64,000 nt of DNA, from the sequence record NC_005083.2, one strand, 5' to 3'. The notes below the pieces were generated by a model that worked only from the letters and a program-made list of their open reading frames with translations, searched no databases and was not told where the DNA came from. Positions 29,732 through 40,000 of this stretch are shown here, piece by piece (positions within the stretch are counted from its first letter, which is position 1; the number at the start of each line of letters is the position of its first letter). Position numbers and translations under genes: made by a program.

Positions 29732-30613
29732 ATGCAGGTAAGATGGACAGAAATGTTTTACAGCATTCAAGGCGAAGGGAAATACACTGGTCAAGCTAGT
29801 TTGTTCTTTCGCTTCTGGGGTTGTAACTTAGAATGTCACGGCTTCGGGCAAGAAGATCCGACGAATAAAGATACATGGGTATTAGACTTCAAAGACTACG
29901 ACCCGAAAGCGAACAACGTGACTTCAGTCGAAGATCTGCCTGTATGGACTCGTGGATGTGACTCTTCTTACACGTGGGCTAAAAAGTATGCTCATCTTGC
30001 TTCAAAGTCTGAAGTCGCAGATGTATGCGAAGCAATGCTTGAGAAACTGCCTAATCGAGTTTGGGGAGATATTCATTGGGTAATTACAGGTGGTGAGCCG
30101 ATGATGAATCAAGCTCAAATCATCGAAATGATGAATTACTTCATCAAAATTGACAATTATCCAAAACATGTCACGATTGAAACTAATGGTACGCGAGAAC
30201 TCAAGCCAGAATTTGCAGAGCGTTGGGCGCTAATTCAGTGGAATACGCATCGTAATGTTCACTTGAGTTTCAGCGTGTCGGCTAAGTTGTACAACGTAAC
30301 TGGCGAAGTGCATGAAAAAGCAATCAAGCCAAAAGTTGTCAACCAGTATGCACGCATCGGAGAAGTCTGGCTAAAGCCAGTCGTCGTAGACAAGGAAGCG
30401 TGTTGGGACGAGCTTGATATTGTGATCGCACAGTTCAAAGCAGAACGCAACTTACACAACGTTCCGGTGTATATCATGCCATGTGGCGCTACTCAAGAAG
30501 AGCAAGAGCAAGATGGTTATATGGCGTCAATCGCAGGGAAAGCATTGGCGCGTGGTTACAACGTTTCTGTACGAACTCACGTATGGATTTGGGGTAACGC
30601 GGTGGGCACGTAA
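29732..30613 (+). CDS. queE: 7-carboxy-7-deazaguanine synthase (radical SAM)
   Basis: EMFYSIQGEG, RFWGCNLEC..CDS, TGGEP, IETNGT. Confidence 0.88.
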   Translation: MQVRWTEMFYSIQGEGKYTGQASLFFRFWGCNLECHGFGQEDPTNKDTWVLDFKDYDPKANNVTSVEDLPVWTRGCDSSYTWAKKYAHLASKSEVADVCEAMLEKLPNRVWGDIHWVITGGEPMMNQAQIIEMMNYFIKIDNYPKHVTIETNGTRELKPEFAERWALIQWNTHRNVHLSFSVSAKLYNVTGEVHEKAIKPKVVNQYARIGEVWLKPVVVDKEACWDELDIVIAQFKAERNLHNVPVYIMPCGATQEEQEQDGYMASIAGKALARGYNVSVRTHVWIWGNAVGT

Positions 30614-30648
30614 GTGCCCTTTTATTCCCTTTGAAGTGAGAAATTATT

Positions 30649-30903
30649 ATGATTCTATTTGGTCACGTGGTTGGTACAATCGGTATGATTCTAATCTGTC
30701 TAGCATTCTGGATGGTGACGAGTGAAAAATATAAGCCTACCGATGATAAGTACTTGTGGACTAATATGTCAGGTGCTATACTGCTTACGATTAGCTTGCT
30801 AATCAACTTCAATCTTGGTAGCTTCATGATTGAGCTATTCTGGATTTACATTAGCGGCACCGCGCTATACAAGAACTACAAATTGCGAAAAAACGCTAAA
30901 TAG
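30649..30903 (+). CDS. small multi-TM membrane protein (CBU_0592-like)
   Basis: GTIG, YLWTNMSGAILL, IELFW pattern. Confidence 0.65.
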   Translation: MILFGHVVGTIGMILICLAFWMVTSEKYKPTDDKYLWTNMSGAILLTISLLINFNLGSFMIELFWIYISGTALYKNYKLRKNAK

Positions 30904-30968
30904 TAGTTGATAAGCTTGTCGATTCGTGTATAATCAACTGCGAATCGACAAACAAACTGGAGAATCTA

Positions 30969-31127
30969 ATGTCTAAAAATAAAAAGCCAAGCAATAAGCC
31001 ACAAAACTTCGTTGCAAAGCACATGAATACTTTCAATCATGCTTCAGTTGAAGAAGATAGAAAGAAGAAATCAAAGCGTTTAACTAAGCGCAAAATGAAA
31101 CACAAAGGGAAAGCCTATGATGAATGA
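30969..31127 (+). CDS. small basic phage protein (not in ORF track)
   Basis: MSKNKK..NFVAKHMNTFN..DRKKK..KHK, ggag RBS. Confidence 0.7.
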   Translation: MSKNKKPSNKPQNFVAKHMNTFNHASVEEDRKKKSKRLTKRKMKHKGKAYDE

Positions 31128-31416
31128 TGTTTTAGCTGGTATACCCATGCCGCCTCAGAAACCCAAGTTCATCCCAGAATCTGACGACCATCAATTCTTT
31201 CACGATTGTGCTGGGTTTGATTGGTTCTATCAATTCAGTGATGATCACAGCGTATATCTTCGCGGTGAACGTGAATTGTCTAAGCTAAAGTCGCGAATGA
31301 CAAACGAACGCAGAAATAAAATCTATGAAGCGTGGTGTCAGTATATGTTCAGCGGTCCCAATTTCGGGCTAGAGCAACACCCTGAACCAAAGTGGGAAGA
31401 TTTTAAAGATGCATAA
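31117..31416 (+). CDS. hypothetical protein
   Basis: coupled ORF. Confidence 0.6.
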   Translation: MMNDVLAGIPMPPQKPKFIPESDDHQFFHDCAGFDWFYQFSDDHSVYLRGERELSKLKSRMTNERRNKIYEAWCQYMFSGPNFGLEQHPEPKWEDFKDA

Positions 31417-31678
31417 AGATGTACTCGGCAATGTAATCGAAATGAAAGATATTGTGTTTCGTCTTTCGAAAGAGAGATTATGCGTCGAACCGTGCATCGT
31501 AACCGGGTTTACACAGTACAAAGTGCTGTTAAATGATGGTCTTCAATGCGACCCAAATCGTGTCGTAGTTGTGACCGAACAAATTCAAAATAACGGTATC
31601 GACTTGTGGTCAAACACACTCGAATTCAAATATCGTGAGTATATCATCAAAGGCTATAAACGCCTGCAAAATAAGTGA
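31409..31678 (+). CDS. hypothetical protein
   Basis: coupled ORF. Confidence 0.6.
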   Translation: MHKDVLGNVIEMKDIVFRLSKERLCVEPCIVTGFTQYKVLLNDGLQCDPNRVVVVTEQIQNNGIDLWSNTLEFKYREYIIKGYKRLQNK

Positions 31679-31685
31679 GAAAAAC

Positions 31686-31958
31686 ATGACATTCTTTCAA
31701 AAACTAGTAGCAATCTTCACCAACACTCCTCGTCCAACAGAAGACATTCTGGAAGACATGAATCAGAAAGCGAACGAACTTCGCGCACGTGCTCAATTTG
31801 ACCAAGAACAAATTGAAGCAAACGAAGCTGAAGAGCGTCGCGCACGTGAAGAAGTAGAGCGTCGTGCGCAAGAACTAGCAGCGCGAAATGCCGTTCATGC
31901 GCAGTCTAAAGAGCGTGCAGAACGTGTTGCGAAGCGAGTTGAAGAATTCACTGCGTAA
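31686..31958 (+). CDS. coiled-coil hypothetical protein
   Basis: in-frame ATG 31686 with RBS. Confidence 0.6.
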   Translation: MTFFQKLVAIFTNTPRPTEDILEDMNQKANELRARAQFDQEQIEANEAEERRAREEVERRAQELAARNAVHAQSKERAERVAKRVEEFTA

Positions 31959-32072
31959 TGTTCTAGAAACGTAACATAATCCCTAAAAAGCCCCGTTAAT
32001 GTGCTAATTCAGTAACATTATCACGGGGCTTTTTTGTGTCTGTCATAAATACAAATAAAATGTGAGGATGCA

Positions 32073-33191
32073 ATGAAAAATCTAAAATCTTTTATGGAAG
32101 AACTTCAATCATTGAACGAAGTCTTCATTCGTGGCGGTCGACCACGAAACGGGTCTAAGGTTCTTGCGAACGGCAAGAATATTTGGGTGTGGAATAGCGA
32201 TAGAGAGTTCGAACGTCTAGCGCCATTTATCAATCGTGAACTCGGAACCGACTTTGAAGAAGAGTACGATCTAGACTCTTGGTACGAAGAGGGCGCACAA
32301 GCGGTATACGCGACGATTGAAAACGGCAAGCTAGATATGCAAGGGCAATCATCTTATCGCCCGTCTGTAGCGTCTGACACGCTTCGCAAGACTATTAAAG
32401 CCCTTAACCTGAACGGCGTGACTCGTCGAACGCAATCATTTAACCCTGATTACGATGAAGTTGAGCACGATTTCGAGACCGACCGTCGAGAATTCAACAA
32501 GAAACTGTCTCAGAAGACGTTCTATCACGGTACATCGACTACGTTCATCGAATCAATGTTGAAATTTGGTCTGAAACCGAATCCGAATGAAACGCAATTC
32601 GATAATATTGAACATGCTGATAAAGTCTTTATTACAACAGAACTTGACAAAGCAATGTTCCACGCGACACACTCAGCGAACCGAAACAACTCGTTCCCTG
32701 TGATTATCGAGCTACGTATTCCAGACGAAAGCAAGCTTGTATCTGATTATGACGTTGTAATTGATGTTCTAGGCGCTAATTCAGAAGAAGCATCCGAGCT
32801 TGGGTATGCTGACATCTTCTATCAAATGCCACATTCGCGTGGTGACGGTACGAAGTATCACAGAGACGACATCGAAAGTCGATTTGGTAAACGTCTAGGG
32901 GGATTGAGTACTCGCATCGGTATCTTCGGGTACAAAGGTCGAATCCCTGCAAGTCATTTCAATTTCATCTACGCTGACGGTGACGTGATCGAAGAGTCAA
33001 TGCCAGAAATGTATTGGGAAATGGACGGCGAATTCGACATGGCAGAAATGCGTACTGAATCAGTCAATCACCGTTCGTTCGACTACTGGGATCAATTCAA
33101 ACCCACTAAATTCATTGCTCACTTCGAAGAACTTTGGGATGATCTCAAAGATGAATACGAAGACGAGGAAGAAGACGAAGATTGGGACTAA
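32073..33191 (+). CDS. putative head-packaged protein with ADP-ribosyltransferase-like domain
   Basis: late promoter CATAAATA ~32044; MKNLKSFMEE leader; FYHGT..GLKP..VFIT..PVIIEL. Confidence 0.65.
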   Translation: MKNLKSFMEELQSLNEVFIRGGRPRNGSKVLANGKNIWVWNSDREFERLAPFINRELGTDFEEEYDLDSWYEEGAQAVYATIENGKLDMQGQSSYRPSVASDTLRKTIKALNLNGVTRRTQSFNPDYDEVEHDFETDRREFNKKLSQKTFYHGTSTTFIESMLKFGLKPNPNETQFDNIEHADKVFITTELDKAMFHATHSANRNNSFPVIIELRIPDESKLVSDYDVVIDVLGANSEEASELGYADIFYQMPHSRGDGTKYHRDDIESRFGKRLGGLSTRIGIFGYKGRIPASHFNFIYADGDVIEESMPEMYWEMDGEFDMAEMRTESVNHRSFDYWDQFKPTKFIAHFEELWDDLKDEYEDEEEDEDWD

Positions 33192-33232
33192 ATACTAGGG
33201 AGCAATAACGCTCCCTTTTTTAGGACTGAATC

Positions 33233-33718
33233 ATGTATAAATGTAAACATTTCAAAATCCAAGAGCTTGTAACTCCACAAATGCACGCTGCATGGGGTGA
33301 AAGATGTTGGTCACTTTTCGACGACCGTCTATTACGCACGCTAGACGCGCTCAGAGAACGTTTCGGTCCCTGCACCATAAACGATTGGAGTTGGGGCGGA
33401 TCGTTCAAATACAGCGGTTTCAGAGACGAAAACTTCTACGGATCGACACAAAAGTACCTTGATAGCCGTTCTCAGCACAAATACGGTCGTGCAGCCGACT
33501 GCAAATTCAGAAATCACACCGCAGATCAAGTGCGTAAATACATCTTAGAGAACCCAGAAGAATTCCCTTATGTGAAATTCATTGAATGTAGCCCGCTTGC
33601 AAACGGAACATCTATGTCATGGGTTCACATCGACGTACGTAACAGCGAAGATGTTCAATGTTGGTCTCCAAAAGAAGGCTTTATTGATGCTGACGAAGTA
33701 ATCCGCAGAAAACTTTAG
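33233..33718 (+). CDS. peptidase M15 family, probable endolysin
   Basis: SGFR, SQHKYGRAAD, WVHID. Confidence 0.85.
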   Translation: MYKCKHFKIQELVTPQMHAAWGERCWSLFDDRLLRTLDALRERFGPCTINDWSWGGSFKYSGFRDENFYGSTQKYLDSRSQHKYGRAADCKFRNHTADQVRKYILENPEEFPYVKFIECSPLANGTSMSWVHIDVRNSEDVQCWSPKEGFIDADEVIRRKL

Positions 33719-33782
33719 TTTATCTGCCGATACATTGCCGTTACTATAAATCTGTCAAACAACACAACAAAAGGTCTACTAC

Positions 33783-34490
33783 ATGGGCAAAAAGAAGAAC
33801 TCTGAAGAACGCACACTACAACGCATTGAGTTACTGACCTTCAACCAAGAGCAATACGCGGCTGCATTGCAGGAAGAAGTCGGTGAAGACGGCTCAGGTG
33901 CATTTGTATTTGCGATTGGTTCTGCGGGTACAGGTAAGACATGGCTTGCAACGACTCTAGGTGCAGACATGTACTCAGCTTTTGACTACACCGAATTCAT
34001 CATCTTGAAGCCGACGCTTTCATGCGGTGAAGAACTCGGTTACTTACCCGGTACTCTTGAAGAAAAGATGGAACCTTGGATTCAAACAGTAACGCAGCCA
34101 TTGAAAGACCGACTAGGCGCAGATAAATTCAAATGCGACTGGAACAAACGCATTCACGCTGAACCTATTCAATTCGTTCGAGGCAAGACATTCGACAACT
34201 GTTTCATCGTCGTCGATGAAGCTCAGAACTTAACTAAAACTGAAATTCAGACCATCATGACTCGTATCGGCGAGAATACGAAAATGGTTTTCTGCGGCGA
34301 CTTGAAACAAGACGACCATAAGATGATCTATCGTACTGGTCAGAAAGAAATCAGTGGTCTAGCGTGGATGGTAAATGAAATTCGTAATCAGCAACGCTCA
34401 GGCATCGAGATTATTGAGTTCACAAACAAGGACGTAGTTCGTTCTGGTGCTTGTAAGCTTGCTCTTGACATCATCGACAAGGCTCAATAA
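33783..34490 (+). CDS. phoH: PhoH-family ATPase
   Basis: GSAGTGKT, LGYLPG, RGKTFD, DEAQNL, GDLKQ. Confidence 0.93.
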   Translation: MGKKKNSEERTLQRIELLTFNQEQYAAALQEEVGEDGSGAFVFAIGSAGTGKTWLATTLGADMYSAFDYTEFIILKPTLSCGEELGYLPGTLEEKMEPWIQTVTQPLKDRLGADKFKCDWNKRIHAEPIQFVRGKTFDNCFIVVDEAQNLTKTEIQTIMTRIGENTKMVFCGDLKQDDHKMIYRTGQKEISGLAWMVNEIRNQQRSGIEIIEFTNKDVVRSGACKLALDIIDKAQ

Positions 34491-34798
34491 TGGGAAAAAT
34501 GATTGTAAATCAGACTGTGAAAATCACTGATACAGGCAATTTCAATACACTAGTCAAGCACTGGTATTCAGTCGGCGGAACTAACGATTCGGTTGAGCTT
34601 CAATTAGAAGTCGGCGAAATCGTTAACATCAAGTCGTTCCAAGACCCAACAGTTCCTGGTGGCGTGTATTCTCACATCACAAAAACTTCGAAACATTACA
34701 CGAACGTGCTAGGCGTTTTAATTCAAGACCGTAATTCACCGGATTACGACATGAAGAAAGACCGACATAGAATTCAGGTAACTTCGAAACTCAATTAA
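34490..34798 (+). CDS. hypothetical protein
   Basis: coupled to phoH; terminator follows at ~34802. Confidence 0.6.
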   Translation: MGKMIVNQTVKITDTGNFNTLVKHWYSVGGTNDSVELQLEVGEIVNIKSFQDPTVPGGVYSHITKTSKHYTNVLGVLIQDRNSPDYDMKKDRHRIQVTSKLN

Positions 34799-34866
34799 CA
34801 AAGCGCCTCCGGGCGCTTTTTTTGTTTAGAACTCCCTAAACTTACATTAAAATATCTAGACGGGAG

Positions 34867-35088
34867 GTGTCGATGAAAGACAAGCAACAATTGAAAGTTC
34901 GATGTTCTATTCATATCGCAGAACAACTAATGCAGTTACCCGAATTTCGTGACATGTCGGTTACGAAAATCTTCCAAACACTATCTACAGATTATCTCAA
35001 CAAGAGTGCGTTTCAGCACGTCGGGGCGATTAATGGAAAGAGCAGAAATCATCATTCCTACGAAAAGTGTAAGGAATGCGGGGTATGA
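34867..35088 (+). CDS. hypothetical protein, possible small DNA-binding
   Basis: ggagg RBS. Confidence 0.45.
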   Translation: MSMKDKQQLKVRCSIHIAEQLMQLPEFRDMSVTKIFQTLSTDYLNKSAFQHVGAINGKSRNHHSYEKCKECGV

Positions 35089-35764
35089 GTTCGAAGTGAT
35101 CGATACTAGCAAACTCGATCACTATCACGTGCGCTGTGTTACAAACACACTGTACGATAATAGAATCAAAGGGTCAAAACTAGATGGGTTCAGAGCAGAA
35201 ATTACGCTAATGGACGCGGAATCACTAGTTTTTTTAAACTCGATGAATCTATATGCTAACTTCACTGAATCTAACAGAGCAAACAACGGCATGAAGCGTA
35301 TCAAATCGGCAAGATACGACTATCATCATTATTATCAGCAACAAGAAGATTGGTTCAAATCAATATTACGTCAACACAAAATCAAAGTGAAATATCCAAA
35401 CGGAGAGACTCGCGAGAAATTACCGATGTTCTACACGTGCGGATTGCGACTTTCGAACGTTCGACGTTCAGCGGATAAAGCATGTGCAATGCTCGTTCTA
35501 GATGAGAATCAAAAGCCGAAGCTGTATGCATTTGCAATAGGTAAACTTAGGTATGTTGTAGACGCTTATGACAAGACCGCTAACCTAAACTGTCCAGCGC
35601 AGATCGGGAAGAAGACGGTTGACGTTATTGAGTGTTTAGACTATAATGATGAAGACGATTGGAATGATGAAAATGAACTCGAAGAAGTTCACAAAAAGAT
35701 TGTTATTCCAGATGTATCCGATTTAGATAAAGTATTAATGTCGTTAGACGAAGAAGAGTTTTAA
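35033..35764 (+). CDS. hypothetical protein
   Basis: long ORF with acidic tail; start uncertain. Confidence 0.6.
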   Translation: MERAEIIIPTKSVRNAGYEFEVIDTSKLDHYHVRCVTNTLYDNRIKGSKLDGFRAEITLMDAESLVFLNSMNLYANFTESNRANNGMKRIKSARYDYHHYYQQQEDWFKSILRQHKIKVKYPNGETREKLPMFYTCGLRLSNVRRSADKACAMLVLDENQKPKLYAFAIGKLRYVVDAYDKTANLNCPAQIGKKTVDVIECLDYNDEDDWNDENELEEVHKKIVIPDVSDLDKVLMSLDEEEF

Positions 35765-35767
35765 TTT

Positions 35768-36067
35768 ATGAAAGAAGTATCAACAACAACTTACAAAAGC
35801 ACTCCAGAACTGGCTCTTGATATTGCAGCATATGCATCACTGTTAGTCAAGATGGGATATGATGAGTGTGTCACAAATCAGAAACTCTTTGTTGAAATGT
35901 GCAATGAAGCAGGATTTAGAACCACAACGGGCAAAGAATTCACGCAGATGTCTTTTCGACAAATGTTTGCTCGTCTTCCGCAAGGGACTAAGCGCGAAGT
36001 TCGTGAATCGTTCTCGTGGGGTAATGTCCCGCAAGGTGAATCAATTTTAGAAAGCATTTATGTTTAA
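35768..36067 (+). CDS. hypothetical protein
   Basis: coupled ORF. Confidence 0.55.
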   Translation: MKEVSTTTYKSTPELALDIAAYASLLVKMGYDECVTNQKLFVEMCNEAGFRTTTGKEFTQMSFRQMFARLPQGTKREVRESFSWGNVPQGESILESIYV

Positions 36068-36075
36068 GGTAAATT

Positions 36076-36372
36076 ATGAATTTTGGAAATGCACTTGAAT
36101 CTTTAAAAGCCGGTCGAAAAATATCACGCGAAGGTTGGAATGGTAAGGGTATGTTTATCGTTCTTATGCCAGCACTTTACTTGCCGCCTTTTAGCACGCA
36201 AGACACAATGCGAAAAGTCAATGATCGAACTGCAAAACACATCGGCGAAGATACGCCATTAGACAGTCAACCGTATATTGCAATGTTCACGGCTGAACAG
36301 AAATGGCAACCTGGGTGGGTAGCGTCTCAAGCTGATATTTTAGCTGAAGATTGGGTCGTTCACGACGAATAA
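36076..36372 (+). CDS. DUF2829 / Tad2-like anti-defence sponge protein
   Basis: MNFG.AL..LK.G..I.R.GWNGKG...GW.ASQ.DILAEDW. Confidence 0.85.
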   Translation: MNFGNALESLKAGRKISREGWNGKGMFIVLMPALYLPPFSTQDTMRKVNDRTAKHIGEDTPLDSQPYIAMFTAEQKWQPGWVASQADILAEDWVVHDE

Positions 36373-36375
36373 AGA

Positions 36376-36410
36376 AAAGGGAGAGTACAACTGTTACTCT
36401 CCCTTTTTTT
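36376..36410. terminator. bidirectional terminator
   Basis: aaaagggagagta/tactctccctttt. Confidence 0.85.
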
Positions 36411-36412
36411 GG

Positions 36413-36988
36413 TCACTGTACTTTCTTAGTTCGCTTGTCAATCTCTTGAACTTTACTTTCAAGATTGTCAATACGAGTATTAAGCATTTCTCCATCTTTC
36501 CCCGTAAAGCGGTCAGTTGAATCAATGTTAATCAATGTCTCGACTCTGGCTAAATCAGTCTCAATCTTAGAGTAACGTGAATGGGTACCGTCTATCTTAG
36601 TAATAATGGCGTTCTGAGTGTTTTTAATACTCTCCACTGAGTTTACTAGATTTTTGTCGCCCAACTCTGACGCACTCCTCAATGCTCTTACTTCGCTCTC
36701 AAGACTACCATAGTTTACAAGCACTTGATCTTGCTTTTTAACGATAAGAGCTTGCGCTCCTTCTAAGCCAATCAGTTGTTGTGCCTGCGTTGCGTTTGTT
36801 AGTTTGATGTCAGTTATTTCTTGCATGATTTTAGCGTTTTGAGCAACTGCGGTTTTACCTTGTTCTTGGACAACTTGTAATGCTTCTTGCATACTACCGT
36901 AGTTTGTCGCAACGCTCATTGAGGTGATAGCCAGAGGGATAAGAATAGTACCTATAACAGCTAACAAAAATTGCGCCATTTTACTCAT
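36413..36988 (-). CDS. late membrane-anchored coiled-coil protein
   Basis: single N-terminal TM; TATAAATA upstream at ~37036. Confidence 0.6.
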   Translation of the reverse strand: MSKMAQFLLAVIGTILIPLAITSMSVATNYGSMQEALQVVQEQGKTAVAQNAKIMQEITDIKLTNATQAQQLIGLEGAQALIVKKQDQVLVNYGSLESEVRALRSASELGDKNLVNSVESIKNTQNAIITKIDGTHSRYSKIETDLARVETLINIDSTDRFTGKDGEMLNTRIDNLESKVQEIDKRTKKVQ

Positions 36989-37038
36989 AGTATTGGTTCC
37001 TATGTTGGTTTATCTTATTCTCTGACTGTCAGGTGTAT

Positions 37039-40000
37039 TTATAAACGAAGCAACTTCTTCCACCATGGGCGTTTAAGCTCTTGTACTTCGTTCTGAAGCG
37101 TGTCTACTTTTTCATTAAGCTCTTTAATAGCTTCAATCAAAAGACCGTTCATATTGCCGTACGCGACTGATAGAATACGATCTTCGTCGTCACTTTCCAT
37201 CACTGCTTCTGGCAGTACTTTTTCCACTTCTTGCGCAATCACACCCGTTTCACGAATATATTCGTCGGAATCGAATGAACTACGCTTGTCATATGTATAC
37301 CCGTTTAATTCACCTACTTTATTGAGTGCATTGTCAATAAGCTTGATGTTTTTCTTCAAACGTCGGTCCGAGTACGCTGTCACGTTACCCGGCGCAGTGA
37401 AGTTACCAGTTGAATACTGGAATGACCATTGCTTAGTCGTTGAGCTATTCAGCGACGAAACGATCTGAGCCGTATGCGCTCCTGAAGAACTCAAAATTGC
37501 ACCGAATGAGTGCTGATAACGACCACCCGAGTGGTTAATATCACCTTTCATAAAAGCATGATATTCACTAGTACCCGAACTTGATTTGTAGTGATAAAAT
37601 GGGGCTTGTGACGTGTAATGCGAAGCATACGAATAAGATGCCGCAGATCCGTAAGCCGTCATCCTACCCGTAGACAACAATGCACTTTGAACTGTTACAT
37701 CAGTAAAGTCATTCCCATAGTTGACAATCAAGTTTGACGTTGTACCTACTAATGCTCGCTTATCACGAATCTTGAAATCTTGACCGCCATTTGAGCTAAT
37801 CAAAGAAGACCCGAGATAGGTTGCTGTGGTAGCAGTCGTAGCCGATGTCGCCGTCGTAGCGTTGCCACTCAGAGAACCCACGAATGTCGGCGCTGTTACA
37901 CTATGCGCAAACACCGCAGTTCCGTTTTCGTTCAATCTGAAATCATCAGATGCACTACCGTTGTATCTAAACGCCATGACACCGTTTTGATGGTCAAGCT
38001 GCCAGTAGTTATCGCTGTACGTACTGTCCATCAAGTTCAACTGAACGTTTGTGTGTCGAATCGTCAACTGTCCATTGATCGTATCCCCTGCTTTGCTAAC
38101 CGCACCAATTTCAGCCAATGACCATGCAACGTTAGCAGATCCGTTTACTGATTTGCCAGTATTACCGATTGTCAATGTACGAGCATTAGCCCATGTCGTT
38201 GCTGTACTTGCATTCCCACTCAGTGGGCCTACAAAGCTACCACTCATAGTCCCACCGATAACTGATATATTACCAGACGAATTGCAGTCTAGGCGAATGT
38301 CATAATCAGCCGTGCTATTAGTCGTGTGGAAATCAATATATCTCGCAACTTCAAGCACACCAGCAGATGTAACTTTTGCTAGGTATTTGTTAACAATCCC
38401 TGCGAATGTTTGAGTTGTCGAGAACTCGGAATTTTGTGCAAATCGAGCATCGGATTCAGATTCAGTGTAGTACCGACCATCGTGAGTATGAGAGTCATTT
38501 GCCACAGTAACTGTCATTGTCGCATTTGAGCTACCGTCAAACGAAACTGCGCCACTTACATCGCCGTTTAGCGTCAGCGTACGAGCAGTAGTCCATTTGT
38601 CAGCATTTGGATGATAACCGTCATGAAACACATTGTTGCTTCCGTATTTCAAAACCCCATCAACTGAAGACAATACCCCGTCAATACCCCAGAAATTTGA
38701 GTGATAGTTGCCGCCCGTATTGACAAACTCATGGTAAACTTCAACAGTATAGTTCGATGTGTGCCATGTCGAAACAGCAGGATCGCCATCTACATCAATG
38801 AAGAAATTGATTCTATTACTACTTGCCGCAGATTGAGTAGTATTAACAACCGTCCATGCACCGTTGATATTAGTGAATGTCGCGCTAGATGCCGAGTCAG
38901 TAGTTCCAGTGCCCGTAATTACAGCTCGTACACGGATAGAACCTTGCGTAATCGCAGCCCCATTTTGGTCTAACAACTTAGCAGGAGCATTGATGTTTAC
39001 TGCATAGTCTCGGCGATACTTGTACATCCCTCCGTAGAAATCACCCGTGATCTCTTTAGCTGTCCATGTTACATTACTCGTACCATCTACTGACTTACCA
39101 GTGTTACCGATTGTCAACGTCCTTGCAGTTGTCCATTTATCAGCATTCGGGTGATAAGCATCGTGAAACACACGTTGGTTTACTTTCGCGAAAATCTCAC
39201 CTTCAACTTCAAGACCAGCAGGTGATGCAATTGAGCCATTATCACGAATGATCAATGCTTGACCGTTGCCACCAGCCGTGTTAATATCACCGTCAGTGAT
39301 CTCGTGAATCAACTCAAGGTTTTGACCAGCACTTGTAATCCAGTTGATGCCTGAATTGTTGTTTGCGTAATCAGTTTCATTGAAACTCAAACGCCCGCCA
39401 GCTTTGCTAATTGCAACGTTACCAGTGAACGTATCGCCAGCCACGTTAGCAAAACGAGCATCAGATTCTGTTTCAGTGTAGTAACGACCATCATGCGTGT
39501 GTGAATCGTTCGCTACAGTCGCTGTAACGGTCACAGTTGCGTTAGCCGACCCATCAATCGTCATAGACGCAGAACCGCTTACATCGCCCGTTAGAGTCGT
39601 TGTGAGCGTGCGTGCAGTTGTCCACTTATCAGCATTTGGATGATAACCGTCGTGAAACACATTGTTATCTTTGTACTTGATCGCAGTTGTATTAACAACA
39701 AACCCACTTGCAGTCGCTGAACCGACTTGCAACGTACCATCAGTACGAACTAGAGACGAGCCGAAGTATACCCCAGTTGTAAATGCGGCTTGGTCATTGA
39801 TTCTCAACCATGAATCAAATCCGCGAAATGCAGTTTTCGCGTTGATGTCAATGTTCTCAATGCCGAAGTTTGCTGCCGTTGCATCAATACGAAATCGAGT
39901 TGTCGCTGTATCATTTTCACGTAAACTAAAATTACCACCATCGTTGATCAGATACCAACGCTTTGTACCGTCATTATCTTGAAGCAACAGACGCGGAGAA

